Source of the DNA: Octopus sinensis
Taxonomy: Eukaryota
Direction of reading: 5' to 3'
DNA length: 64,000 nt
Assembly (NCBI RefSeq): GCF_006345805.1
Contig: NC_042998.1
Coordinates: forward strand, 123,504,001 to 123,568,000
The notes beneath the pieces were generated by a model. That model worked only from the letters and a program-made list of their open reading frames with translations, searched no databases and had not been told where the DNA came from. This document shows positions 27,004 through 39,964 of the stretch, one piece after another (positions within the stretch are counted from its first letter, which is position 1; each line of letters opens with the position of its first letter). Both the position numbers and the translations under genes were made by a program.

Positions 27004-27500
27004 TAGTTTTTAGCACCTATAGAGTACAAATCAAGACACGATAGAGTTGCCCAATATCTACACTGGATAATGTGTCGATATTATAAATTAAAACTGCTGA
27101 GAAATGATACAAGAACTACCCTTAGGCTGCAGAGAGAGAAAATGTAACTATTCCTGGGACTTCGCAGTATGTACAGACCGGGCAATCAAAGGAAACAAAC
27201 AGGGTATTGTTGTGAAAGACCAATACTATAAAGTTTATTAATTGACATGGGCATACTGTGTGACCTCAGTAAAAGAATTTGATAAGCTCAAAAAATATCA
27301 AGATTTGCTCATCGAAATCGAAAACAAGTGTCAATTCAAGACGGTTACAATGCCAGTGATTGTAGGAGCACTTGGAATGACCAATAACGGGACTGAAATT
27401 TTTTTAACAATGATCCCTGGCTTACCATCCATGCAGGAATTGCAAAAGATTGTCTTAACTGGTACGACACATGTATGGAGTAGAGCATTGTAACTGTGGA
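27004..27500 (+). mobile_element. Dong-clade LINE 3' fragment
   Basis: VLAPIEYKSRHDRVAQYLHWIMCRYY...DFAVCTDRAIKGNK...KEFDKLKKYQDLLIEIE...PVIVGALG...ELQKIVLTGTTHVWSRAL*. Confidence 0.88.
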
Positions 27501-27747
27501 GTTTCTTTCCCTTCCCCCCCTTTATTTTCTTTGTTTAATTTATTATTTATTATTTACTTTGTTTATTTTATTATTTATTATTTTTCCTCTGTAATACTTC
27601 CCCTTTTTCTCTATTACATAACTTAGTAAATTCACAACTTCGTGTTTTTATTTTAATGGCCTACCGATGTATTCAATGTACTTCTCTGCCTAATGTGTGG
27701 AGGACATTTGGCAAGAAATGGAAAGAGAATTGAAAGATGATAATGAA

Positions 27748-27819
<72 letters not shown>

Positions 27820-27844
27820 ATTAGAAAGAACAGGAACAACAACG

Positions 27845-30315
27845 ACGACAAACTGTTTCCAGAAGAGATGAGGCAAGGGTTCATACGGCTATAAAAATCA
27901 AATAATGATCAATAAAGCCATAACTGAAGACAGCCACAGAAACAAGAAGGGTCTAAGTATGGCTTGGATCGATTACCGAAGGTTTTTGATAGTTTTTCTC
28001 ACATATGGATTCTAGAAACACTAGCCATGAACAAGGTAGCGCCAATAATCATAAAATATATAACCCATTCTATAAATAAATGGCAGACAGTGCAACAGCT
28101 CCAAACAAATGAGGGACTCATAAAACCCATTAGAAGAGGAATATTCCAGGGAAGCACGCTCTCCCCACTCCTTTTCTCCTTGGCACTGACACCTTTATCT
28201 AACATGCTGAACAGAACTAGATGCAGATACAACTGTTACGCAAAATAGTCAGCCACCTCTTATATATGGATGAAATAAAACTATACACTACAAATGATAA
28301 ACAGCTGGAAATATTACTACAGTCAGTACATGTATTTACCAAAGAAATAAATATATGAAATATGGCTTGGAAAACTATGCCAAAACAACCTTGAAATTAG
28401 CAACAACAAACTAGATAAAGCAAATGAAATAAGAGAATTAGACCAAAGCCAGATATACAAATATTTAAAAATCAATGAACAAGATACGATACAACACACA
28501 CAAATGAAAGAAAAAATTAAAAAAAGAATAATACAGGCAAGTTAGATTAATACTGAAAATAGAGCTCAATGCGAAAAACAAAATAATAGGTATCAACGCT
28601 CTAACCGTCCCAGTTATAATTTACAGCTACAATATCTTTCACTGGACACTAAACGAACTAATCAAAATAAACGTTAAAACAAGAAAAATCATGACAGTAT
28701 TTAGGGCGTACCACCCAAAAACTGACATAGAAAGGTTATATATACAGCGCATAGAGGGTGGTAGAGGTCTTATACAGCTAGAAAGCTATTACAAAATAAC
28801 CACCATAGATCTACAAACATACCTACTTCAGAATCAAGGAAAACTAATACAAATAGCCACAAAACACAAACAAAAAATAAAAAAACTGTTTTCAGTCTTT
28901 AAGGAAGGTGACAAATACAAAAATGAACCCATACTACTTAACAACTATGAAGAAAAAGAAGAAAGAACAACAAAAGCTGTAAAGCAAATGAAATCTCTCT
29001 ATATATAAACGGCAGTTTGTCTGTCTGCGTGTCTGTGTGTCTGTTAGGTTGTACCCTCACCCTGACCACGGCTTTCAACCGATTCTGATGAAACTTGACA
29101 CACACATAGCCCAATGTCATAATTCAAAACTAACGCAGGGAAAATTTTGAAAAGTTCCCCCAGTTCTGAAAAAAATCGATAAATTCGACATGGGGTCGAG
29201 AATCAGAAATACAAACCACAGACTGTCTAGGGGATGCAACTCGACCTTTTTAACTCTCAAAAAAATTTACCATAATTTTTTTCCCATTTTTTGGCTATTT
29301 TTTGGCTATAACTCTCTAAAAATTCTTTATAGTTATTTCCCTTACAAATCCGAGCAACGCCGGGCGATACTGCTATTCCAAACTAAAATTGGAACAGCTA
29401 CGTATTATGATAAAACGATGGCAGAAAAGCCACTTCATGACAAATACTGGGTTTAACTAAACGCAAAAGAAATAGACAAGGCAAAAATCCCAACGATGGC
29501 TGAGAAACTCGAGGCTCAAAACAGAGACTAAAGGGGTTTTAATTGCCGCATAAGACCAAAGCCTCCCCACCAATAATTACAAAAAGCACATAATGAAATG
29601 TATCATAAACAAGTAACTACAGAATATATGGAAATGGACAAGAAACAATAAATCATATTATCTCTAGTTACCCAGTCCTGGCCAAGAAGTAATATATTCA
29701 CAGACACGAGAAAGTTGGGACCTACAAACACCGGAAGCTATGCCAACACTATGGAATAATAACAGAAAAGAGATGCTATAGGCACACGCCAGAAAAGGTC
29801 ACAGAAAACGAGAAAGCAACAATATTATTTCATATGCCAATGTGCGCAGATAGAGAAATTAAGGCCAGTAGGCCAGATATAGCTGTCAGAGAATATCAAG
29901 AAAAAGTGCTCTCTAATTGATGTCTCAATGCCAACAGATAACAAGTTTTCTCTAAAAGAAATGGAGACACTTCCAAAATACAAAGACCTGGGAATAGAGG
30001 TAACTCGAATGTGGAATCTAAAAACAGAAACAATTCCTATCATTGTAGGCGCATTAAGTATGATAAAAAGATATTCAGACAAATACATAACAAAAACACC
30101 AGGACTAACATATATATATATAATATACAGAAAATAGCACTACTAGGCACCGCACACATCCTACTTAAAATACGTTCAATACAGTAACTGTAAGTGCATA
30201 ACAACAAACCACAGCACATACCCAAGGCACACAGAACTGCGCTCGGTAGTGCAGTGAAAGCACGTTATAAATACAAGACTACTGAATAATAACAACAACA
30301 ACAATAATAATACTA
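27845..30315 (+). mobile_element. 5'-truncated Dong-clade LINE (RT to 3' UTR and tail), interrupted by a Helitron-like insert
   Basis: LFPEE...MAWIDYRKVFDS...RRGIFQGSTLSPLLFSLALTPL...HLLYMDEIKLY...YKYL...YHPKTDIERLYIQRIEGGRGLIQLE...RPDIAV...KYKDLGIEVTRMWNLKTETIPIIVGAL...ALLGTAHIL; starts after an (AAT)n array and ends in an (AAC/AAT) tail. Confidence 0.92.
28994..29376 (+). mobile_element. Non-autonomous Helitron-like element (about 380 bp)
   Basis: Begins TCTCTCTATATATAAAC, carries a GTCT-type microsatellite near the 5' end, a GC-rich subterminal segment CCGAGCAACGCCGGG, and ends CTAT (cf. CTRR). It sits between A and T with no TSD, and removing it restores contiguous LINE sequence ATGAAA|TCCAAACTAAA. 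Confidence 0.75.
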
Positions 30316-30318
30316 AAA

Positions 30319-30441
30319 TGCCCTGATGCAGTACTAGGCAGAAGCTCTCATGGCCTTTGCTCTTAACTGATTGTAAGTTTTATCATTCACATTGTTTGGT
30401 CTTGGTATAACAAAAGGGATATAGCAAATATTCTGCTCAAT
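30319..30441 (+). mobile_element. 5' part of the 555-bp element, fused to a Dong fragment
   Basis: TGCCCTGATGCAGTACTAGGCAG...AAATATTCTGCTCAAT matches 7387-7510; starts at the same base as the 7387 copy. Confidence 0.85.
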
Positions 30442-31890
30442 GTCCAGAAGAAAGGGTGGAAGAGGTTTGATCAGTTGCCAGAATTGTACCGAAACAGAAG
30501 AAAACAACTTACTGTGGTTCGTAAAACATGCCGTTGAGCCATTGTCGAAATATGCAATGAAGTGCGGCGTCATCAAAATGAAAGAATTGTGAAATGAAAG
30601 AAAAATTTAAAGAGGAAGAGAACACAAAAAGAACGAATCATCATGGAAGAAGAACATGTACGAAGCGTTTGTAAGAGATACGAACGCCAAGACAAATATA
30701 GAAGACAGGTGGCTATGAATGGGGAGGAGTGACCTGAAGATAGAGATAGACGCACTCATATGTGCAGCTTAAGAACGAGCGTTAAGGACTATGTGAAGTG
30801 CAAAATACACAACACTACTGACAGTGACAAATGCAGAATGTGTGGGGTGAGGGGTGAAATGGTATGGCACACCGTTAGCGAATGCTCGAAATTGGGACAA
30901 TGCGAATACAAAAGTGGACATAATAATATTGCAAGAATGAACCATCGGCCTACAGAGAGCAAAAAGGTGGTATGAGAAAACCCCAGAAGGTGTCATCGAG
31001 GATGAGAACTGCAAAATCCTGTTGGGTGCAATAATTCAGTGCGATCATCTGATCAGACATGGGAAACGGGAATTGCATGATAATCGATATCGCATGTCCC
31101 GGTAACAAGAGGATCAATGAGAAAGAAGAAAAAATATACAACTATGACGATTTGAATTGGGAAATACGAAAGTTGTGGTCATTGAGGAGAGTAGTCGTGA
31201 TACCGATAGTTATTGAAGCACTTTGAAGTATCAGCACTCAACTTCCCACATGGATCAAAAAGGCTGATACAAGCGTGAAGGTAGATACCTACAAAAATTA
31301 GCCTTGCTTGGAACAGCAAGAATTATTCTCAGGGCTTTTGAGGCATTACCAGTAATGACAGTAATTTATATTCGTAGGAGTGGCTATGTGGTAAGTTGCT
31401 TGCTTACGAACCACATGGTTCCGGGTTCAGTCCCACTGCGTCGCACCTTGGGCAAGTACCTTCTACTATAGCCTCGGGCCGACCAAAGCCTTGTGAGTGG
31501 ATTTGGTAGACGGAAACTGAAAGAAGTCCGTCATATATATGTATATATATATATATATGTATGTGTGTGTATATGTTCGCGTGTCTGTGTTTGTCCCCTC
31601 AACATCGCTTGACAACCGATGCTGATGTGTTTACGTGCCCGTAACTTAGCGGTTCGGTAAAAGGAGCCTGACTGAATAAGTACTAGGCTTACAATGAATA
31701 AGTCCTGGGGTCGATTGGCTCGACTAAAGGCGGTGCTCCAGCATGGCCACAGTCAAATGACTGAAACAAGTAAAAGAGTAAAAGAGTAAACAAATGTCGC
31801 CTTAGTGTTCTGGTTGTAGAAAAGTGACACTTTCCATTAAATCCAGCAAAATTAACTGAGTTTTCATGACATAACAATAATGATAACTGT
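30441..31890 (+). mobile_element. Dong-clade LINE 3' part, with the 3' UTR split by a SINE B insertion
   Basis: SRRKGGRGLISC...CRMCGVRGEMVWHTVSECSKLGQCEYKSGHNNIAR...IDIACPGNKR...ALLGTARIILRAFEA; the 3' UTR resumes at about 31792 (AAATGTCGCCTTAGTG), similar to 10225-10285. Confidence 0.85.
31374..31790 (+). mobile_element. SINE family B (tRNA-like head, internal TA/TG microsatellite, (AGTAAAAG)-type tail)
   Basis: GTGGCTATGTGGTAAG...GGTTCCGGGTTCAGTCCCACTGCG...CCGACCAAAGCCTTGTGAGTGGATTTGG...GGTGCTCCAGCATGGCCACAGTCAAATGACTGAAACAAGTAAAAGAG; related copies at 36640, 45921 and 47390. Confidence 0.9.
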
Positions 31891-32865
31891 AGGAAATATC
31901 ACCAAAATGTGTATTCCTTGTTTCTTGTATATTTGTAGGCAGCAATTTTATTTAAGCAGGTAACAATTAGATGCAGTGCTCTCATATATATATATATATA
32001 TATCAGATGAAGTGTATGAAAAGATTTTATTGTAGACAATTCAACTGTTTCGTCCAATCTAGTAGTGTATCTGTATTTGTATGATACACAGTTGACAATT
32101 TTAATTTAAATTATTCATATTAACACAGCAATTATTATCTGAATGACTATGTATTTTGCAATGTAGTAAGATGCTAAAAATGCCAAAACCTCATACGCCT
32201 ATCATACAATATCTATTTCTACTGTGACTGAGATGTTCTAGTTTAAAGAAATATCTTCATGGTAAAGTATATAATATATGAAATATTACGCTTGAAATAT
32301 TATTTGCAAATCTTGAATATTCTATAATTTAATTACTATTATTTCAGTCATAGAAATATGGCTTAGCTTATTACTTTTAGCTCGACTATCATACCAACGA
32401 TAAGTAAATTGTGTTTTGTTTTTCGATAAATGGAACATGCCCTAAAAGAAACATTCGTCTTCTCAGGCAATACCTTTGTCTGATAAACAAAAATCACTAA
32501 TGATATTCCATATATTTTATTGAATACTATTTCTTTCTGAGTCGTATTAAATTGCTATAATTCCAAATCTAATACGTGCGTCTTTATGGTTACAATTTAG
32601 TTACTAGGAAGGAAAATTTTCCCGAAATATCCTCGCGCTATACATTTCTGCTGAGATATTTTCAGGTAATGAAAAATTTGTGAATCGACGTCTCGAAAAC
32701 TAAAATATCGAATATACGATTCTAAGTAGAAAGCTTACAGAATAATGCGATAGGAGGAGTCGGGAAAGAGGGACAGAGGCGTTGACAAAAGCGATAACGC
32801 ATGTGTATCGAATGGTCTTGGCTGGGTATGCTATGTAACAAAATATTATTACATCAATAAGAATA

Positions 32866-33153
32866 AACACACGCACTGGTTCAATTTCATTTCTTTATTC
32901 TTAGTCAGTCGGTTAGTTCCTTAACCAATTAAATAATCGATCACTTGTTTAATTTTTTGGTTAGACAGTCCATGATTTAGTCGTTTGTCAAGAGCGTTCA
33001 CCGATACTTTCATCGCTATCTCCAGCTTCATCAGTGACATGCCCTCTTACCTAAAATTTTGCTCTGAGTCTTAAACAAGGGATCTATACGTTATTTAGGT
33101 AATTAACCAACTGACTAACAATAAACGATTGAAATTGAACCAGTGCGTGTGTT
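32866..33153. mobile_element. About 290-bp element with ~85-bp imperfect inverted arms and an internal hammerhead-like motif
   Basis: AACACACGCACTGGTTCAATTTCA (32866-32889) is the perfect reverse complement of 33130-33153, and similarity continues to about 32952/33071. The minus strand of the spacer reads CTGATGA A GCT-GGAGAT-AGC GAT GAAA. Confidence 0.7.
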
Positions 33154-35254
33154 AATTATTAATAGCGCAATGACCATACCTATATACAAGATTTGTTTCT
33201 ATGCATGAGCACACATCAAGAAATTTTCAACCAAAATACCAAAACAACGTAACACCGTGGTAGGTCTATAAATTATAGAATGTAGAGTGAGGAAAACACG
33301 TGTTTGCAGGTCATAAATTCAAACAGATTGGATATATTATTTTATATACTCCAGGATGTTAGTTTGCGTAAATAAAATATCGTCCTTCATGTGAGAATAT
33401 TGATACATAAAACCTTGTACGGGATCGGCAAGTTGACGAAGTTGAGATTGCAGCTCTCAAGGAAGACCTACACTCTGTGATCTAATTATTACTGTGTTAT
33501 GAATATAAGATCACCAAAAGGATCTATTAATGATTTCAAAAAACCATAGTTTGTAGCAAATTTGGGATATGCCCAAGACTCGAGAGTGAGCGAGAGGGAG
33601 AGATATCCCATCGTTTCCTTTATATGGTATGTGACTCTTTTCCTGATGTTGAATAAAATATTTGGTTAGGATCGCCATGTAAATCTTAAAACATAGCGGG
33701 TAGTGTAGAAGTTAAAGGGATAAGAGAAACATGATAAATTCAACATCTGTAGAGATTTCTGTAGACATTTTGCTAAAGCGACCATCCCTTTACTATCTAA
33801 ATGATGTATGCTTTAATCGGTAATAACATGATTTTCTCATAAATATTTTTCCTCTACGTTATGTCTATTCGTCAAACGTAAAACATTCGAGTAGATCTAC
33901 ACCTCTCCACCAGAATATAATACACAGTGATGAGAATGATTTTCACCTCGTTGGAGCTCTTTACCCTTTATTCAAAGGAAAACCCATTTAAAGCCAAACT
34001 ACAATAACCAGATTGAATACAATACGAAAAGATTACTATCGATTCAACCATTAAATTTCGAATAAGTTTTAGATATTTCATGGAAAAGAGAAAACCAATG
34101 TCAATAATTGTTTGAAAGGCAGTGATAGAAATGAGATTTTGTTGGCTCTCTATAATGTGGAACATAGAATAATTGGTGAGAAATAAGTTAATGAAAATTA
34201 TATCATTTAATGAGTCACATACTTCAATGGTCTGAATATAACCATAACGTTAACCTATAAGTATACCTCGTAAATACTAACTATGAATCTTCGAATTTAT
34301 ACGTCAGCGAAATATAATAATTTGAAAATATATATGAACGGCAGCTGAATATGTTAAATATTGAAGTAGACGAATTGTAGACAACTAGATACAGATAACG
34401 GTAAAATAGATGAAGTAAGACAGTGTCTGCACATATCAGATAGATAGATTTCACCAAGGTAAACGAATTTATACCGCTTAACTTGTATCAATTATAAGTT
34501 GACTCCGTCTTTTCAAATTGCACATTATGAAGCATTGAGCACGTGTCTGTTCTTCTGTCTTATACAAGTAACTTATTATAACATATGGTAAATAATCCTG
34601 CGCAAAATGTCATTCCTCAATCACAATATAGTCGCAGAGACTTTTATGGCGTGATAAATATGCTGCTGTCCTAAAAGTTAATTTTAGCTTGAGCCATCTT
34701 AATATCGATAGTTTCGCCTTAACTCTCAGGTGCATTATATTAAGCAGCAACTAATACTTGTAAATGTGTTACTGTACAAATCTGAGAGACAACTAACTGA
34801 AAGGTTATTCCTGGGAAATTGTAGCGGTGCAATATAATGATTCCATCATTGAAACCCATCAGAGAAAACACTATCATTAAAAATATTGCTACACAATAAA
34901 TGCATAGAGAACGTAAGATCAAGTAAGCTGAAATCCTTTTTATCAAGAAAACCAAACTAATAACGGAACTAAAATAATAATCTGTACCAGAATTATTTGA
35001 AAAACTACAGGAATCCCGGTCCCAAATTCATCTCCCGATACTTTTGTGAAATATCATAAAATGATAATTTACATTGTCATTAATTTCGGATTTATGCACA
35101 CGTTGAGAAGTTTGGAAGAGATTTCCATTGATTAAGTTGACACCAGCCTTAATTGGTACTTTATGCTTCTTTTGTCGCATTTAGGACTGATCCTGCTACA
35201 GGCCAGGTTATAGAGGTCGCTCGCCTTTGATAGGATTAAGCAAACAGGTTTCTG

Positions 35255-35462
35255 CTCTCTAGTGGCGATGGCGAAAGAGATTGTCTAGCGGGCGTGACAA
35301 AAGTACTGTGAAAAATGCGTTCCACTTCATTCTAGCCTTCGTCAACATTTTCATATACCACTTAGAAAAGGACATGACGAAAAAAAGAGAGGTGCTCGGC
35401 TCTACTGAATTTGTAAAAACGAGGATATTGGTGGATGGAGCCACACTCAGTATACACAGTGG
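35255..35462 (+). mobile_element. 3' end of a Tx1/L1-clade element
   Basis: LVAMAKEIV...FVNIFIYHLEKDMTKKREVL...EFVK parallels the C-terminus VVAILKETVW...LVNFFSYHLDRKIRPEKRYL...MFVK at 36190-36350. Confidence 0.55.
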
Positions 35463-36410
35463 TTAAAAAAGTTGGAATGAATCCCTTTCCGCTTTTTGGG
35501 GGAATGGAGGAAAACCACTTCTGAAGCACTCTGTCTGCTGCCACAAATAATTAAAGGGTGGGCTAGGGATACCTTGGCTGAAGATGCAAAAATTCGCGTT
35601 AAGGTCGAGGCATCTCTGGCTTGACCTGGATGGGGATCAGGTGTAGTCACCGCACGTAAGGTTCAACCTTCCACAGTTGACGCACTTAATGGATATTGGC
35701 CATGGATCAAACGAAGACTTAGGCTGGGGTATAGAGCTACTCTCTCGGGTGGGCAATACTGGCAACAGGAGTTCCACTGCGGATTTCTATAGCGGGTTAA
35801 TGGAATTTATGTCAGACGATGTCCTGGGGGAGGCCCTGGGCCTCGATGGAAATCAGTCGATCAACATTTTCAGGAGAACTTTCGAGGCAGGGTAACTGAA
35901 TAATGACCAGAAATCCCTGGCTTGGCTGTGCTATCGTTCGACTTTGCCTGTTCAAAACAAGCTGTCAAGGCACGGAAGTGCCGTCTCGCCGATATGCCCG
36001 AGGTGCGGGTGGGAGAGAGAAACTTTCTTGCACACCTTCGTGAAGTGTCCGGAAGTACCGGGACTGATAGCTTTTGTCCAGCAATTATTGTCAATGATGG
36101 GAAGAGTACAGCTATCGTCTGAGTCTATTATCAAGATTGTGCCGCCTCCTATCCTGAACAGGGAAAAATGGCTTGTTTTTTTTTTCTGCGTAGTAGCCAT
36201 ACTGAAAGAAACAGTATGGAAGATGCGTGTAAGAAGTATAGTAACAGGTACCTTCGTCTCCGGCCAGGGGTTAGTTAACTTCTTTAGTTACCACCTCGAT
36301 AGAAAGATTAGGCCGGAGAAGAGATACCTGTAACAAGATATGTTCGTAAAAAGATGGAAGCAAGTAGTTACAAGCTGCGAGTGACTGGAACCAGGTAAGT
36401 GGGGCAAGAA
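35463..36410 (+). mobile_element. Tx1/L1-clade LINE 3' part (post-RT region and zf-RVT-like CCHC)
   Basis: FWGNGGKPLLK...KGGLGIPWL...SLAWLCYRSTLPVQNKLSRHGSAVSPICPRCGWERETFLHTFVKCPEV (ORF 35944-36333). Higher GC than the flanks. Confidence 0.8.
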
Positions 36411-36639
36411 GGAAAAGTAAAGATTCGAACTTTGCGGTTGCATGCCTTACCTTCAGTCACACATTGCAAAATCTGCAATGATCATCAAGTTTATAACGAA
36501 AGTTTTAAAAGAAAAAAACAAGATATAATTTTTAACAGCATGACATTAATATTTTATCATTCGTAACTTTTTCATTCGTAATAAGCTACTTCTTCACCCT
36601 CTATTTTTGCCTGTACTTGTCTGTCCCATCTACGCACGG

Positions 36640-37070
36640 CTTCCTTAGCCAATTTATGAAATAAAGAAACTTGCTTCACAAATGCATGTTTCCAGATTCA
36701 TTCTCACTGCGTGGTCCCTTGAGCATGTGTCTTCAACTATAGCCCCCGGATGATCAAAGCCTTGTGAGTGGATTTGGCAATCGAAAACTGAAAGTAGCCC
36801 ACCGTATATATGAATATATATATATATATATATACACCTATGTGAGTCTTCTTGTCTGTGTTTGCATCCGCACTTCCGGTTGGGAACTATTGCTGGTGTG
36901 TTTATGCACCCGTAAATTAGCAGCTCGGCAAAAGAGACCGATACAATAAGTACAATGCTTAAGAAATAAGTCCTAGGGTCGCTTACTTTGACTAAAAAAA
37001 ACTCTTCAAGGAAGCGCTCCAGCATGGCCACAGTCAAATGACTGAAACAATAAAAGAAACAAAAAAGGAA
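36640..37070 (+). mobile_element. SINE family B, older copy
   Basis: Same head, internal TA run and AAGCGCTCCAGCATGGCCACAGTCAAATGACTGAAAC tail as 31374-31790. Confidence 0.85.
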
Positions 37071-38810
37071 TTTAAACATACCGGTGAAATGTTAATTAAA
37101 ACACGTTCTCTATAAAACAAGTAAATATTTCAAGAGAAATATCGAGAAATTCAAAATCTATTCTAGTTATGATAGCAAAAAATGAATAAAAATACTCAGT
37201 ATTATTACAAAATGTTTTGAATCGTAAAAATGTAACGCTATAGAGAAGAATATTTTTCTCGCTATTTTATGGATAGTGGAAAATGATTTTTCTTTTTATA
37301 CTCTGTTTCATTAGCAATGAAGAACGACGAAGAAACTGAAGCGTTAAATCGTTCATAACCAACAACATACTATTACTGTTTACTTTGACTACACGAAAAT
37401 ACCTGATGGTTTTGGATGAATGAATTCAGTAGCTGTTCAACTAGAATAAATTAGAAATATAATTTTGCAAAGCTAAATTGAATGAAGTGTTGTGTCCATT
37501 TATCAAGAGCCTACTTATTTGGTTTGACTGTTTAAATAATTGTCGATATTTTGATGAAATCTAATCATCTAGGAATGAAGATGAGATTTATACAATTTTT
37601 ATGCAGGAACACATGATCGTTACCAAATTACTGTATTGTGTTTTCGATGATAATGATGATATAGCATTGTTATGTGAATTGGCTGATTTAACAAACGACA
37701 ATAAAGTGGACAATCCTGGACTTTTCCAAGTATTCTTTTCGGAGAAATTTGGTGCTTGGTGAGCTGTAACATTATAAGAATTTAAACTCAGAATAACCAT
37801 TACAGTCACCAACTAAAAATAACTATGATGTAATCACAGTCTATGACACATATTTAGTTTTTAATTTCCTATTCAAAGTTTTCTGTATAAAGTTGTTGCA
37901 AAAACGTTTAGCTTGTTGTTTCACTGAGTAAATCTTCAAAGTCGATGGCTGCTGATCAGAGACTTTCACTGAGCTGGCTACAACAAAGAAAAACAGAATG
38001 ATTATCATTGTATTTAGATTATGTATAAGAATAGTAAGAACAAAACAAGAAGAAAATTTCTAATATCGCAAAGAAGACATAAGTTGAACACGCAATCCAT
38101 TATCATTGACACAACTTCATTGTGTACATATTTACGAATCTATAATTCCACTAGTTTAAATACAATGCCAACAATTTTGATGGAAGGAGATTCTTTGTTT
38201 ATACAGACCTCAGTATTTGTCAAGGCGTTCGAGTTAGCGATTCTTAACAGATAAAATGTTGTTGTTTCTAGCAGGATTTGAACTCAGAAGGTTTGATGAG
38301 TTTCTGTTATTTCTCCCGACGTTCAAACATTTATTACACACCGCTGACCTATAATTTCACTAATTTTGAAGTTTAGAAATTGACAACTAAACAAAGAAAG
38401 TAAATAGCTATTTGAAAGCTTATTTAGTTGCAAAGATAAATATTTGGCATATACGACAAATAAGGTGAAGGCAGCAGTATCAAATTTAAATTATAGAGGA
38501 ATAGAATAAGACTCAGTAACCGTCAAACAATACACAAGTAACACGACGTAAGACAAAGCATGAAATAAAAATACAGACAGGAACTTCAGTTACATAAGCT
38601 ACTAATTCTTTCTATTGGTCACGGTTGTAGCTATATGAAATTGATTGTGTACTCCCTTGTGTAGTGCTTCGTACTCTTTTCGTACTTCTTGTGTTGTTTT
38701 TCTTGTTTTCTTTTATTTCAATCTGCCCTCATTTCTAACTGTCTCTAGCAAGGTTTGCTCAATTTGGAAAGAAGCGCGCCGTATATATATATATGTGTGT
38801 GTGTATGTGT

Positions 38811-38847
<37 letters not shown>

Positions 38848-39920
38848 CGTGTGTGTGTGTATGTATGTAGGTATTTGTGCGCGCGAGTGCATGTGAGTAT
38901 TGATGTGTATGTGAAGACGTGTATATTTCCGCGACAAAAGTCACAATCGAGGGTAAACAGCATCATAGTTGGGACTCAGAGATCGTTTCTACCAGTTTCC
39001 GCTTTCCGATCGATGTCTGATTTTGAAAATGCAGCACAATATCGAGTTTCAAATATTCCTCAGGAAACATTTAGAAGAAATTGGTCTTATTTTACCTGCA
39101 GATTGAGACTTTTGAAATAGTGATATTATCTTTTTTATATTTCCAACAATATGTACATGATTTTTACAATCTGCTCATATTTTCCAACATATTTATATAG
39201 ATTTGCGTAAACTTATCTTCTCGCTTCTAATGTATAAGCGGCCTCTTTCTATTTAAAGCACATTCGTGACACCAAAATTTTCTCATGTACGTTCATATCC
39301 CTTTACTAGAACTCAATGTATTAACCCAGAAACCGGTCCACAGATGTAGCTGTGTGCTGTATTGGTGTGTTGGACTCCGTGTGGGAAATTATAAGGACAC
39401 AGATATTGTGTCGTATAGCAGGATGGAAACGATTTATCCTGAGGTTAAACAACAGTAACCCTCGTCCCTTCCAGGACAGCCACATTATGTTGGCAAGTAG
39501 CCTTTAATCATCACTCTTCTAACAAGAAAATTGCTGCTCCCTATGTTCCAAGAAATCAATCAAAGTGATTATTTATGGATACAATATATTTTAAATATCG
39601 ATTATATTATCAACCAATAAACACAATATTTGTATTTTATATAACCGGCAATTATTAAGATATTCCAGTTTTCCCAGGCTTTGTCGTTAACAAACGAATT
39701 ATGTATTTTATTTTCCGTATTCTGTTGTTGACCGAAAACCAGAAATTCGGAGTTTAATGCTTATGAAATTTCAGATTCCCAAAAAACTCTCTGTAACTCC
39801 CTACCACTTCCTCTCCTTTCTCTCTCTCTCTCTCTCTCTCGTATATGTGTATATACATATTCACAAATTCACATGTGTATATATACACATATACACACAC
39901 TGACATATCTCTCTCCTCCT

Positions 39921-39933
39921 CTATCTATCTATC

Positions 39934-39964
<31 letters not shown>

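Noticed and set aside
29080-29100. CTGATGAAAC inside the Helitron-like element
   Set aside because: The two core halves overlap with no room for stem II.
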